DNA of 64,000 nt, taken from NCBI GenBank assembly GCA_963748015.1, contig CAVVHE010000005.1, forward strand, positions 288,001 through 352,000. Direction: 5' to 3'. This document shows, piece after piece, positions 9,901-18,659 of this stretch (positions within the stretch are counted from its first letter, which is position 1; the number at the start of each line of letters is the position of its first letter). Both the position numbers and the translations under genes were made by a program. The stretch is from Terriglobia bacterium (GTDB taxonomy: Bacteria > Acidobacteriota > Polarisedimenticolia > Polarisedimenticolales > JAIQFR01). The notes beneath the pieces are model-generated. The model made no database searches and had not been told where the DNA came from. It saw only the letters and a list, made by a program, of their open reading frames with translations.

Positions 9901-12900
9901 GTCGGGATAGAAGGTGCCCTGAGCCAGGCCCTCGTCGATCTGGTCGTTGCAGTCGTCGTCGATACCGTTGCAGACCTCGGTGACACCGGGGTGGATGAAG
10001 TAGTCCCGGTCGTTGCAGTCGCCGTCGACCGGAATGAAGCCGACCGCGCGGTTGCACGCCTCTCCGGTCGGGCAATCCCGGTCGTCGTTGCACCGGACCA
10101 GGAAGGACACGTTGCAGACATAGTAGGGCAGCGGCGCCACGCACTGCTGGACCAGGTCGGTCGAGCTGCCGTAGCCGTCGCCGTCGGCGTCCCTGTACCA
10201 GGTCGGGACGGTCAGACCCTCGTCGATCTGGCCGTCGCAGTTGTCGTCGATCGCGTTGCAGGTCTCGGTGGCGCCGGGGTGCACGTTCGGGTTCCCGTCG
10301 TTGCAGTCGCCCTGGCAGGGAGAGTACCCGTCGCCGTCGGAATCCAGGTTCTGGTCGATCAGGTACCGGCCGCCGGTCCCGAGCGGGACGCCGAAATTGG
10401 TGCCGCCCCAGACGAACATGAGGTTGCCGGTCCAAACCGCAGCGTGCCGAGACCGGGCAAGGGGGACTCCGGTCGCGGACATGGACAGCCACTGGTCCAG
10501 CGCGGGGTCGAACCGAGCGCCCGTGTCGAGGTCGGAGGAGCCGTCGTTACCGCCCCACACGAGCATCTCCCTGCCGGACCAGACCGCGGTGTGCCAGAAC
10601 CGGGGAGACGGCGCGCCGGAACCGGGGAGCGCGGCCCAGGAGCCGCTCCCGCCGGAGCCCGGGTCGTAACTGGCACCCGTCCCGTCCGGCGCGTTGCCGG
10701 CGGTGGCCCCGCCGAAGACCAGCATCCGCGTCCCGGTCCACACCGCGGCGTGCCGGGACCTGGCGGAAGGCGCTCCGGAGGAAGCGACGCCCGACCAGGC
10801 GTTCGTGGCGGCGTCGTAGACGCCCCCCGTGTCGAGCTTGGTCCCCGCGTTCCCCTCGCCTGCCGACCCGTCGTCGCCGCCCCAAACGACCATCTTGGGA
10901 CCGGTCGACACGGCAGTGTGCTCGAAGCGCGCGGACGGCGCGCCCGAGGACGCCACCGGCTCCCACGCGTTGCCGATCGGATCGTACCTCGCGCCGTCCG
11001 CGAGCGCGTAGACCACTCCCTCGGCGGTCAGATTCAGTCCGCCCCAGACCACCATGCGTCCGGCGGTTCCGGCCCCCTGCTGCCAGGTCAACCAGGCAGC
11101 CGTGTGGCCCCACCGCTTGGCGGGCACTCCCGTCGTGGACATCGGAAGCCAGCTTCCCGCCAGCTCGTCGAAGCGCCGGCCGTCGCGCAGCGGCCCGTCG
11201 AGATTGGTCTCCGGGTCGTATCCCCATCCGCCCCAGACGATCACGTAGTCGCCGCTCCAGACCGCCGTGTGCTGCCTTCGTCCCTGCGGCGCACCCCCCT
11301 GGGGAACGGAGACAAAGTTGTCGATCGCGGGATCGTATCTTCCGCCGGTGTCGAGGTTGACGTAGTCGTCGGTGCCGCCCCAGGCGAAGACGTCTCTCCC
11401 GGTCCACACCGCGGTGAGCTGGTACCGCGGCCTCGGACCGAAGTCGGTGGGGGTCCACGAATCGCTCGCCAGGTCGTAACGGCCGCCCGTGTTGGACGCG
11501 TCAGCGCCCGTCGAATCGTCGGTTCCGCCCCAGACGACCATGAGGCTACCCGTCCAGACGGCGGTCTGATCGCCTCGAGCCGCCGGAGCGCCCGTGAGGC
11601 TCGTCGCCGTCCAGGCTCCGGTCGCCGGGTCGAACACGGCCCCGCCGTTGCGGAAGATCGTGCCGTCGAAGCCGCCCCAGACGATCATCTTGTCGCCGGT
11701 CGAGACCGCGGAGTGCCGGTAGCGAGCCGCCGGCGCGCCGCTCAAGTCGGTCGGCTCCCAGGTGTCGGTCGTCGGGTCGTAAGTGGAACCGGAGCCCAGC
11801 GCGACGCCGGGATCCGCTCCCCTGCGACCGCCCCAGACGATCATCTTGTTCCCGACGGCGACCGCGGTGTGGTTCCGCCGCGCGATGGGAGCCGGAGCTC
11901 GGGGCTCCGGGGTATCGGGGGGATCCTCGACGAACGTGGGCGACCAAGTCCCGTCGGCGAGATTGAAGCGGGCTCCCGTCCCCAGATCGTTGCTCCAGCC
12001 GACGACCCTGACGCCGGCGCACTGGTCGTCGGCCCCGCAGTCCGCATCGGTCGAGCAAGTGGTCTGGTTATTCCCGCTGCACACCTTGATCTCGACGTAT
12101 TCGTCGTTGCCGCCCCAGACGACCATGGAGCCGCCCGCAATCACCGCGGTGTGAAACGCGCGGGGCGTCGGCGCGCCGTCCGACGCGAGCGGGGCCCAGG
12201 TGTCGGTCGCCGGCGAGTAGCTCGCACCGTCGCCGAGCGGTTTCGTGTCGGGGTGCGTATCGTCGGAACGACCCCCGCCGCCCCACACGATCATCACGCC
12301 GTGGGTGGCGTCCCAGACCGCCGTGTGGTGCGCGCGCGGCGAAAGTGTGCTCGGCGAGAGCGTCGTCCAGGAGTCGCCGACGGGGTCGTACATCGCGCCG
12401 GAACCCGAGGTCACGTTCTTGGAATTGACGTAGTCGTAGGAGAAACCGCCCCAGATGATCATCTTGTCGCCGGTCCACACCGCCGTGTGCCCGAGCTTCT
12501 CGAACGGGACCCCTTGTTCCGGGTCCGCGGGCGCGATCGCCATCGCCGACCACGTATCGGTTGCCGGGTCGTAGCGGACGCCGTCGGGCCACGGATAGCC
12601 GGCGTAGGAGCCCCCGTAGACCATCATCAGGCTGCCGGTCCAGACCGCCGCCGTCGCGTAGCGCGGAAGCGGGGACACGCGGCCGAGGGATCCGTTGTCC
12701 CAGATGTCGTCGGTGCACGAAGCGCCCGGGACCTTGAACAGAGGAGCGGCCGGAGCGCTCGCGACGGGAAACTCGCCCTTGTCCCGGGCGACTGCACGAA
12801 CCGACGCGATGCTCAGGCCGCCCTCGACCTGCCGCCACCACTCGTCCCGGCTCTTCTTCCGGACCGAGAAGACGGCGAGGCGCACCTTGCCGGCGCTTTC

Positions 12901-13602
12901 GGACAGGACCGTCCGGATGACGAACGAGTCGCTCAGCTCCTCGACGGAGCCGACGCCGCCGGACTTCCTGGGAAGGCGCGAGGTCATCCTGGCGAACTCC
13001 GCCGCCGGCATCTCGATGGCGGACGGCGACGCGGACTTCGAGGCGGGGGAGCCGGCAACGACGATCTCGGCCACGGATCGGCCGGGGGACGGGAGCTTCG
13101 GATCGAGGCTACCGCTCGCGAGGCGCGCCCTGAGGGCATCGGCGGCGGCGCGCTCGCCCGCATGAAGGGCGCGGTCGCCCGCGTAGAAGTTTCCGACGAG
13201 CCTTTCCGCGAGCGCGGGACGCGCGAGGCACTCCTGCGCCATGAAGACATCGTTGCCCAGGGCACCGAACAGCTGCCGCAGCCGGTCCGGCATCCGGGTG
13301 CCGGAGACCATGCGCTGCAGCTCGCGCTCGAGCATCTGGGCGGTGATGGGAGTGTGCCAGACGTTGTCGAGCGCGGCCGACCGCTCGAGATACGCCCGGA
13401 CTTTTGCCTCCAGGAGGGCCCGAGGAACCGCCTCCTCGAAAGAGCGGGTCGCCCCGAGCTGGTACGAGTAGTAGACCCGCTCGATCGCTTCCTGTGCCTT
13501 GACGCGCTCCTCGAAGGTCAGATCGCGCGCCTCGGCTCCGGCGATGAACGCCGGCAGCAGAAGGAACAGAAAGGCGCTAGCGACCAGGCTCCTGGTTCTC
13601 AT
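6991..13602 (-). CDS. Giant secreted multidomain protein: helical N-domain, 14 kelch repeats, MopE-like metal-binding repeats, Cys-rich repeats, thrombospondin type 3-like repeats, C-terminal dockerin-like module
   Basis: SD GGAGGAGGAG then ATG 13602; signal peptide; 14 HTAVW..M.VWGG units; DCND...HPGATE.CNGIDD.CDG..DEG units; DNCP..NPDQ.D.DGDGVGDACD; paired DIDGSGRVDGLDL / DFNQDGRVDGDDL loops. Confidence 0.9.
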   Translation of the reverse strand: MRTRSLVASAFLFLLLPAFIAGAEARDLTFEERVKAQEAIERVYYSYQLGATRSFEEAVPRALLEAKVRAYLERSAALDNVWHTPITAQMLERELQRMVSGTRMPDRLRQLFGALGNDVFMAQECLARPALAERLVGNFYAGDRALHAGERAAADALRARLASGSLDPKLPSPGRSVAEIVVAGSPASKSASPSAIEMPAAEFARMTSRLPRKSGGVGSVEELSDSFVIRTVLSESAGKVRLAVFSVRKKSRDEWWRQVEGGLSIASVRAVARDKGEFPVASAPAAPLFKVPGASCTDDIWDNGSLGRVSPLPRYATAAVWTGSLMMVYGGSYAGYPWPDGVRYDPATDTWSAMAIAPADPEQGVPFEKLGHTAVWTGDKMIIWGGFSYDYVNSKNVTSGSGAMYDPVGDSWTTLSPSTLSPRAHHTAVWDATHGVMIVWGGGGRSDDTHPDTKPLGDGASYSPATDTWAPLASDGAPTPRAFHTAVIAGGSMVVWGGNDEYVEIKVCSGNNQTTCSTDADCGADDQCAGVRVVGWSNDLGTGARFNLADGTWSPTFVEDPPDTPEPRAPAPIARRNHTAVAVGNKMIVWGGRRGADPGVALGSGSTYDPTTDTWEPTDLSGAPAARYRHSAVSTGDKMIVWGGFDGTIFRNGGAVFDPATGAWTATSLTGAPAARGDQTAVWTGSLMVVWGGTDDSTGADASNTGGRYDLASDSWTPTDFGPRPRYQLTAVWTGRDVFAWGGTDDYVNLDTGGRYDPAIDNFVSVPQGGAPQGRRQHTAVWSGDYVIVWGGWGYDPETNLDGPLRDGRRFDELAGSWLPMSTTGVPAKRWGHTAAWLTWQQGAGTAGRMVVWGGLNLTAEGVVYALADGARYDPIGNAWEPVASSGAPSARFEHTAVSTGPKMVVWGGDDGSAGEGNAGTKLDTGGVYDAATNAWSGVASSGAPSARSRHAAVWTGTRMLVFGGATAGNAPDGTGASYDPGSGGSGSWAALPGSGAPSPRFWHTAVWSGREMLVWGGNDGSSDLDTGARFDPALDQWLSMSATGVPLARSRHAAVWTGNLMFVWGGTNFGVPLGTGGRYLIDQNLDSDGDGYSPCQGDCNDGNPNVHPGATETCNAIDDNCDGQIDEGLTVPTWYRDADGDGYGSSTDLVQQCVAPLPYYVCNVSFLVRCNDDRDCPTGEACNRAVGFIPVDGDCNDRDYFIHPGVTEVCNGIDDDCNDQIDEGLAQGTFYPDVDGDQYGNAAKAVTGCRPLNFKVCRENPLVECSVDSDCPGTDRCERTVTWLTRGEDCNDYNISIRPGAAEICNQLDDDCDGQIDEGIPVVTAYRDADGDSFGDDGITIQTCLPRRGWASTACDCNDTDASIHPGATETCNGLDEDCDGLADGSKTCALSPSTHCRTDEDCPAPACRDNRCTQDQSVCTTDAECPQLDTCSQAEMLPTGDWYRDADGDGWGVPDGQVSGVCQPSKVCSGSFDLTCRADIDCPSGQTCQDFTVCSGDPSKLCKTSADCESAGSCNRKGDYAPRKYDSDGTPLDDCNDFNGGMNPGLVDNTCDRVDDDCSGLVDDGFNTCGNGVCAATSKACKAPGFKGQCSTTSTQLCNTDTDCRGKMCNVAKGASCSVDEDCPAGSCSDNPATACAKNSDCAEGASCKYGEQVCRYGFCSAAEVDPCDLNADCPTGTCSNNPSTPCHLDLECSGGTCLGAQKCLTRSTCSESREVCTGDDQCRPGRCSLLGNSCLDGSDCYPYETCVRETCNGSESCSIAQCTPVPGQGYQAGTETRCDGLDNNCDGAVDEALRGCEFPDSDGDGIGAISDSCNPLAPLSSTCACGAAPETGVCAVPAIQCLTESECRSGEACDTTLEVCVVPAVSCQVDNDCRSDEKCDAQSRICVRVPEVSCLSDSGCRRGQKCDSTRKVCILQETQCQQDTECESGEKCDADRKICVSAQGIPCQTDSECRTDERCDSVTKLCTFLVIPCQSGGDCPVDGKCDVNKDICVPALDFPCQTESDCRVDEKCDTQRMACIAETISCQVNNNCRSGETCLDGTCRVPCQVNEACRSDETCAGSESAVAGDNCPCVANPDQADRDGDGVGDACDNCPDLLNSSQSDYNGNHVGDACEAPVSTADIDGSGRVDGLDLSRLGRAWASLSTITTCLPPYRISDPAFDSTVDFNQDGRVDGDDLAFLATYFGQDVTPAAAASSRAR

Positions 13603-13632
13603 CGACACTCCTCCTCCGTGTGAAACGCATTC

Positions 13633-13660
13633 AATATCAGCGGGCGGGGGCGGTTGTCAA
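13633..13660 (-). promoter_or_regulatory. Putative sigma70 promoter of the giant-protein/cohesin operon
   Basis: Minus strand TTGACA (13660-13655), 16-nt spacer, GATATT, about 30 nt upstream of the start. Confidence 0.5.
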
Positions 13661-13756
13661 TTGCGGTCTCCAAGAAGTTGCGGAGTATCTGCCGCTCGAA
13701 TCGGAGGCACCCGGGGGCCGGGACGTCCCACCGGCTGCGGACGGCGCGGGATGGGA

Positions 13757-14023
13757 TCAAAACCGGACTTCCGCCCACTCTCGAAGCATCCACGTGCCGA
13801 GACCCTCTTCCACGAGAGGGCTCGACCGGGCGATCGCCTCGGCCTCCATCCGGTCCGTCGCCTCGAAAATCTCGAGAAACCCCTCGCCGTCGCCCAATTC
13901 TCCGGCCGCTCGGAGCCGTCCGTCGGCGTGAAGCCGGCGCAGGTGCTCGACGTGCCCCGCTCGAGCCGCCTCGAGCTCGACCGGGGCGGCGGTCACGAGA
14001 AGCGTCCGGGCCCAGAGTGCCAT
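13757..14023 (-). CDS. YciI-family protein
   Basis: 88 aa; R.GH..HL..L...G.L.AAG...DG.G.L.IFEA....EAEA....PL pattern. Confidence 0.75.
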   Translation of the reverse strand: MALWARTLLVTAAPVELEAARAGHVEHLRRLHADGRLRAAGELGDGEGFLEIFEATDRMEAEAIARSSPLVEEGLGTWMLREWAEVRF

Positions 14024-14047
14024 CTTCCCCCCACGCCCCTCCGGAGC

Positions 14048-15448
14048 TCAGATCTGCGTCTTTTCCAGATAATCCGGAATCTCGACGTGGACGGACAACT
14101 CGTCCCGGATCCGCGCCGCGAAGCTCTCGAGGCCCGCCGGCTCGCCGTGCACCAGGTGCACGGCGCCGGGACGGTGTCCCGACGAGCGCAGCCATTGCAG
14201 GATCTCCCCGCGGTCCGCGTGGGCCGAAAGGCCGTCGAGCGTTTCGATCCGCGCCCTCACCGGAATCTGCCGGCCATGGATCTTGATGCTGTCCGCCCCT
14301 TCCTGGAGCGCCCGGCCGCGCGTCCCGGCGGCCTGGAAGCCGACGAACAGCACGGTGGTCCGGTGATCGTCGAGCTTGAACTCCAGGTGGTGGAGGATGC
14401 GCCCCCCCTCGGCCATGCCGGACGCGGAAATGATGATGGCCGGGTAGGCGATGGAGTTCAACGCCTTCGACTCCTCGACGCTGCTCGCCATGTGGATCCC
14501 GGCGAGGCCGAGCGCGTCCTCGCCGCTCGCGGCCATCGCGCGCATCTCGAGGTCCTGGGCTTCGGGATGCCGAGTGACGATCCGCGTCGCCTCGATCGCC
14601 ATCGGGCTGTCGAGATAGATCGGGACGTCCGACGGGATCCGGTTCTCGCGGCGCATCTCGTGGAACAGGTAGAGCAGCGTCTGGGTCCGCCCGACCGCGA
14701 AGGAGGGGATCAGCAGGGTACCCCCACGCCGCACGGTGTCCCGAATGAGCGACTCGAGCAGGTCCTTCGGATCGTCGCGAGAGTGGTCGCGATCGCCGTA
14801 GGTGCTCTCGAGAACCAGGTGATCGCAGGGCGGAAGGGGCGCGGGATCGGGGAGGATCGGCTGTCCCGGCCGGCCGAGATCCCCCGAGAACAGCAGCACC
14901 TTTTCCCGGCCCCGACCGCCGGAGGATGCGATGCGCACCTCGACCAGCGCGGCGCCCAGGATGTGGCCGGCCGGATAGAGGCGGAGCGAGAGGCCGTCGT
15001 GGACCTCGATCGTCTGATCGAACGGAAGCGGGCGCAGCAGCGGCAGCGCCTGCCGGGCCTCCTCCTCGGTGTAGAGCGGGAGGGCCGGGCGGTGCTTCGA
15101 GTACCCCTTCCAGTTCGCGAACCTGGCGTCCTCTTCCTGGAGGTGGCCGGAGTCGGGAAGGAGGATGCCGCAGAGCTCGCACGTCGCCGGCGTCGCCAGG
15201 ACGTCCCCGACGAACCCCCGCCGGGCCAGGACGGGAAGGTAGCCGGTGTGGTCCAGGTGGGCGTGGGTGAGCACCACCCGGTCGATGGACGCGGGTTCCA
15301 CCGGCGGCGCCTCCCAGTTCCTCAGGCGAAGGTCCTTGAGCCCCTGGAACAGACCGCAATCCACAAGGATCCTGCATCCGTCGTGCTCGATCAGGAACTT
15401 GGATCCGGTGACGGTTCCGGTGGCGCCCAGGTAGGTGAGAGTGGCCAT
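14048..15448 (-). CDS. MBL-fold beta-CASP ribonuclease (RNA-specificity domain family)
   Basis: LGATGTVTGS, VDCGLFQG, LTHAHLDHTG, AGHILG, LESTYG, LSAHAD, LVHGE motifs. Confidence 0.93.
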   Translation of the reverse strand: MATLTYLGATGTVTGSKFLIEHDGCRILVDCGLFQGLKDLRLRNWEAPPVEPASIDRVVLTHAHLDHTGYLPVLARRGFVGDVLATPATCELCGILLPDSGHLQEEDARFANWKGYSKHRPALPLYTEEEARQALPLLRPLPFDQTIEVHDGLSLRLYPAGHILGAALVEVRIASSGGRGREKVLLFSGDLGRPGQPILPDPAPLPPCDHLVLESTYGDRDHSRDDPKDLLESLIRDTVRRGGTLLIPSFAVGRTQTLLYLFHEMRRENRIPSDVPIYLDSPMAIEATRIVTRHPEAQDLEMRAMAASGEDALGLAGIHMASSVEESKALNSIAYPAIIISASGMAEGGRILHHLEFKLDDHRTTVLFVGFQAAGTRGRALQEGADSIKIHGRQIPVRARIETLDGLSAHADRGEILQWLRSSGHRPGAVHLVHGEPAGLESFAARIRDELSVHVEIPDYLEKTQI

Positions 15449-15652
15449 GCGGGTATCCGTCCGGCCCGTCCCGACCGGCGGGCCGGATCGCGGAGCGCCG
15501 CGGGCACGGTCGGGGATCGTACCACACCGCCGTGCGTCCGGCGCCGTGGCTCGGAGGGCCCGGGAAGTCGGCAACGTCGCCGTCGTTTGCTAGGATGGGA
15601 AACCGATCCGGCGGCGCGAGCGATGCCGCACGTCCCGGAAGGAGGTTTCTCC

Positions 15653-15883
15653 ATGCGGGTTCGCATCGAATACTGCGCGGAGTGAAACTACGAGCCACGG
15701 GCCGCCGGTCTGGCGGCCGAGATCAGGGAAGCGCTGGGTGTCGAGAGCGAGATGAAGCCGTCGCACGGCGGGGTCTTCGAGGTCACCGCGGACGGCCGGC
15801 TTGCCTTCTCGAAGAAAACCTCGGGCAGGTTCCCGAACGCGGGTGAGGTCTTGGCACTCCTCCGCGCGCAGGCAGGGTCGTAG
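15653..15883 (+). CDS. SelW/Rdx-family selenoprotein (CxxU), 76 aa
   Basis: SD GGAGG; MRVRIEYCAE-UGA(15683-85)-NYEPRAAGLAAEIREALGVESEMKPSHGGVFEVTADGRLAFSKKTSGRFPNAGEVL; the family-typical GG.FEV and SKK..GRFP motifs lie after the UGA. Confidence 0.92.
15700..15718 (+). promoter_or_regulatory. Bacterial SECIS-like hairpin
   Basis: GGCCGCC-GGTCT-GGCGGCC; G-starting apical loop 21 nt after the UGA. Confidence 0.8.
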
Positions 15884-15972
15884 ACCCGGCCGCGAACGAG
15901 AACCGAGTTTGGCGGCGATCCCGGCCGCGCGCCGCGCCTGGGCCGCGGAAGTGGATCGCCTGGGGGACCGAC

Positions 15973-16878
15973 ATGAGCCTCCTCGACCGGACCATTGCGT
16001 TCACGCTTCCCGCCGTCCCCAAGCCGATCGTCGGCTTCTTCTCCAAGCGCTACATCGCCGGCCCCGAAATGGAGGACGCGTTCCGAGTGGCCCGCGGCCT
16101 AGAGGAGCGGGGCGCCTGCGCGACCTTCGACATCCTCGGGGAGTTCATCACGACCGCCGAGGAGGCGCGGGCCAACACCGAAAGCTACGTGGACCTGATC
16201 CGAAAGATCGCCGCCGGCGGGTTCGGGTCGCGAAACGTCTCCGTCAAGCTCACCTCGCTCGGACTCCTGCTCGACCGCAGCCTCTGCCTCGACAACATGC
16301 GAACGCTGATGGCCGCGGCGCGCGAGGTGGACGGCTTCGTCCGGGTCGACATGGAAGACTCGCAGTGCACCGACCGGACGATCGAGATCTACCGGACGCT
16401 CCGCGGCGAGTACGCGGGGCACGCCGGCCTGGTCCTCCAGTCCCGTCTCCGCCGGACGCTGGCCGACGTGGACGATCTCACCGCGGAGCCGTCGAGCTTC
16501 CGCCTCTGCAAGGGGATCTATCTCGAGCCGAGACCCATCGCGTTCACCGACGCCGAGCTCATCCGCCGGAACTTCACCCTCGTTCTCGACCGCATGTTCG
16601 AGCGCGGAGCCTACGTGGGCATCGCCACCCACGACGAGATCCTGGTCTGGGAGGCGCTGCGCCTCATCCGGAAGCACAAGCTCGGGCGCGACGCGTACGA
16701 GTTCCAGATGCTCCTCGGCGTGGACGAGCAGCTGCGCAACATCATCCTCGCGGACGGCCACCGGCTGCGCGTCTACGTCCCGTTCGGGCGCCAGTGGTAC
16801 GCCTACTCGGTGCGGCGCCTCCGGGAGAACCCGCAGATCGCCGGCTACGGCTTCAAGGCGATCTTCAAGCGGGCCTGA
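15973..16878 (+). CDS. Monofunctional proline dehydrogenase
   Basis: VSVKLTSLG, RVDME, RLCKGIY, IATHD, EFQMLLG, RVYVPFG, YSVRRLREN. Confidence 0.93.
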   Translation: MSLLDRTIAFTLPAVPKPIVGFFSKRYIAGPEMEDAFRVARGLEERGACATFDILGEFITTAEEARANTESYVDLIRKIAAGGFGSRNVSVKLTSLGLLLDRSLCLDNMRTLMAAAREVDGFVRVDMEDSQCTDRTIEIYRTLRGEYAGHAGLVLQSRLRRTLADVDDLTAEPSSFRLCKGIYLEPRPIAFTDAELIRRNFTLVLDRMFERGAYVGIATHDEILVWEALRLIRKHKLGRDAYEFQMLLGVDEQLRNIILADGHRLRVYVPFGRQWYAYSVRRLRENPQIAGYGFKAIFKRA

Positions 16879-16982
16879 CCCCATCGGCCGTCCGCTCCCC
16901 CGCCGTCATCTTCGGCTCGCGGGGCGCGAGGACCGCGGGGGTGTCTCCGTCGGGTTTCGGAACCAGCTCCATCGAAACCGGA

Positions 16983-17158
16983 CGTCTCGTCCCCCGGCCG
17001 GATGCGTTCGGAGACAACCCTTTTTCGGGTTGGCGAGAACGCATCCGGCCGGGGGACGAGACGAGGGCCCGACAGACAACGGGGAGTGACGCGTTCGGAG
17101 ACAACCCTTTTTCGGGTTGGCGAGAACGCATCCGGCCGGGGGACGAGACGAGGGCCCG
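16983..17158. repeat. Palindromic element with partial tandem duplication
   Basis: 27-bp perfect arms 16983-17009 / 17037-17063 around caaccc-tttttc-gggttg; 68-bp exact direct repeat at 17004-17071 and 17091-17158. Confidence 0.93.
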
Positions 17159-17181
17159 CTCCGCCGAAGCCGAGATCGCGA

Positions 17182-18258
17182 TCAGGTCGTGTCGGGGTTG
17201 AGGCGGGCGAACTCTTCGAGGAGCTCGCGGGATCTCGCGTCGAGCTTGGCGGGCGGCACGATCTGGATGACGGCGTAGAGGTCCCCCGCGGGACGCGATC
17301 CCGAGGCGGGCACCCCCTTTCCCTTGAGCCGCAGCTTCTGCCCGCTGCGCGTGCCCGCCGGAAGCGTGATCGCGGTCCTGCCCTCGAGCGACGGGATCGC
17401 GATCTTCCCGCCGAGCGCGGCCCGGGCGAGCCCCACCTCGACGTCGCACACGAGGTCGTTCCCCTCGCGACGGAACACGTCGTGGGGCACGACGTCGATC
17501 CTGAGGAACACGTCCCCCGCCGGCCCTCCGGCGACCCCGGCGTCTCCCTTGCCGGGCAGCCTCACCCGTCCGCCGTCCTCGATTCCCGGAGGGACGCGGA
17601 CCTTCAGGCGCTCCTCCGCGGGAACGCGTCCCGCGCCGCCGCAGGAGGCACAGGCGCCCTCGTCGATCCGCCCCGCACCGCCGCACCGCCCGCAGGTGAG
17701 CGACACCTGGAGGCCGCGGCGCCGCTGCGTGCGCCGGCCGGACCCGTGGCAGTCGGGGCATTCGCGCTCCCCTCCCGTAGCACCGCGACCGCTGCCGCCG
17801 CACGCGGAGCAGGCGGTCTGCCGCGGCAGGACGACCTCGACGGTGGTCCCCCGTACCGCATCGAGGAAGGGAACGCGGATCTCGGTTTCGAGGTCCCGGC
17901 CGCGGGCCTGCCGGGACGCCCGCGCGCGGCGGCCTCCCCCGCCGCCGAAGAGATCGAACAGGTCGCCGATGTCGCCGAGGCCGAAATCCCGGATGTCGAA
18001 CCCCGCCCCCTCGAAGGGATCGAACCCGGGACCGAAGGCCTCGTGCCCCCCGCGGTCGTAGGCGGCCCGCTTCTCGGGGTCCGAGAGGACCGCGAACGCC
18101 CCGGCCACCTCCTTGAATCTCTCCTCGGCCTTCTTGTCTCCGGGATTCACGTCCGGGTGGTGCTTCCGGGCAAGCTTGCGGTAGGCCGCCTTGATGTCTT
18201 TCTCGGTGGCGGTCCTGGGAACCCCCAGGATCTCGTAGTAGTCCTTCTTCGTCGCCAT
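17182..18258 (-). CDS. dnaJ: DnaJ chaperone (class A, zinc finger)
   Basis: [14 protein letters not shown] region, four CxxCxGxG repeats, C-terminal GDL motifs. Confidence 0.92.
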   Translation of the reverse strand: MATKKDYYEILGVPRTATEKDIKAAYRKLARKHHPDVNPGDKKAEERFKEVAGAFAVLSDPEKRAAYDRGGHEAFGPGFDPFEGAGFDIRDFGLGDIGDLFDLFGGGGGRRARASRQARGRDLETEIRVPFLDAVRGTTVEVVLPRQTACSACGGSGRGATGGERECPDCHGSGRRTQRRRGLQVSLTCGRCGGAGRIDEGACASCGGAGRVPAEERLKVRVPPGIEDGGRVRLPGKGDAGVAGGPAGDVFLRIDVVPHDVFRREGNDLVCDVEVGLARAALGGKIAIPSLEGRTAITLPAGTRSGQKLRLKGKGVPASGSRPAGDLYAVIQIVPPAKLDARSRELLEEFARLNPDTT

Positions 18259-18427
18259 CGGCCTGCTTCGCTCCGGGGAGGTCAAGAGCCGGTTTCCGGA
18301 CGATAGGATTTGAGCATGTCGCTGTCAAGATCCCGAGGGCCCGCGCTCCGCCCCGCCGCCTTGCCGCGCCCGGCGGAGTTGACTATCCTTCGCGGTCGCC
18401 CCGGAGCGTCAGGAGCCCCTCTACGCC

Positions 18428-18658
18428 ATGACCGCCGAGCAGCTGATCGCCTTTCTGAACGCGCTGACCTTCGGCGACCTCGCCGCGCTCGGGGCGAAGC
18501 TCGAAGAGGCGAAATCGTCCTGCGCCGCCCTCGGGCACGCCGAGATCGCGGGGACGCTCGAGGAGGCGCGCGCCGCGCTGTTCTCCGGCGACGTCAAGAC
18601 CTACCGGCGGAAGATCGAGACCGCCCTCTCGCGCCTCGGCCACGTGAAGAACGGCTGA
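18428..18658 (+). CDS. Small helical hypothetical protein
   Basis: 76 aa, amphipathic-helix pattern, AGGAG upstream, ends 1 nt from the convergent gene. Confidence 0.7.
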   Translation: MTAEQLIAFLNALTFGDLAALGAKLEEAKSSCAALGHAEIAGTLEEARAALFSGDVKTYRRKIETALSRLGHVKNG

Positions 18659-18659
18659 G

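Noticed and set aside
6991..13602. Diversity-generating retroelement acting on the giant protein
   Set aside because: No reverse transcriptase and no template/variable repeat pair differing at adenines seen
6964..13623. 2219-aa plus-strand ORF (and similar long ORFs at 13499-15685, 36711-40142, 44689-46671, 53199-55265)
   Set aside because: Antisense shadows of real genes in high-GC DNA; R/A/V/G-rich with no motifs
17004..17158. Direct repeat as a possible CRISPR array
   Set aside because: Only two 68-bp units with a 19-nt spacer and no cas genes
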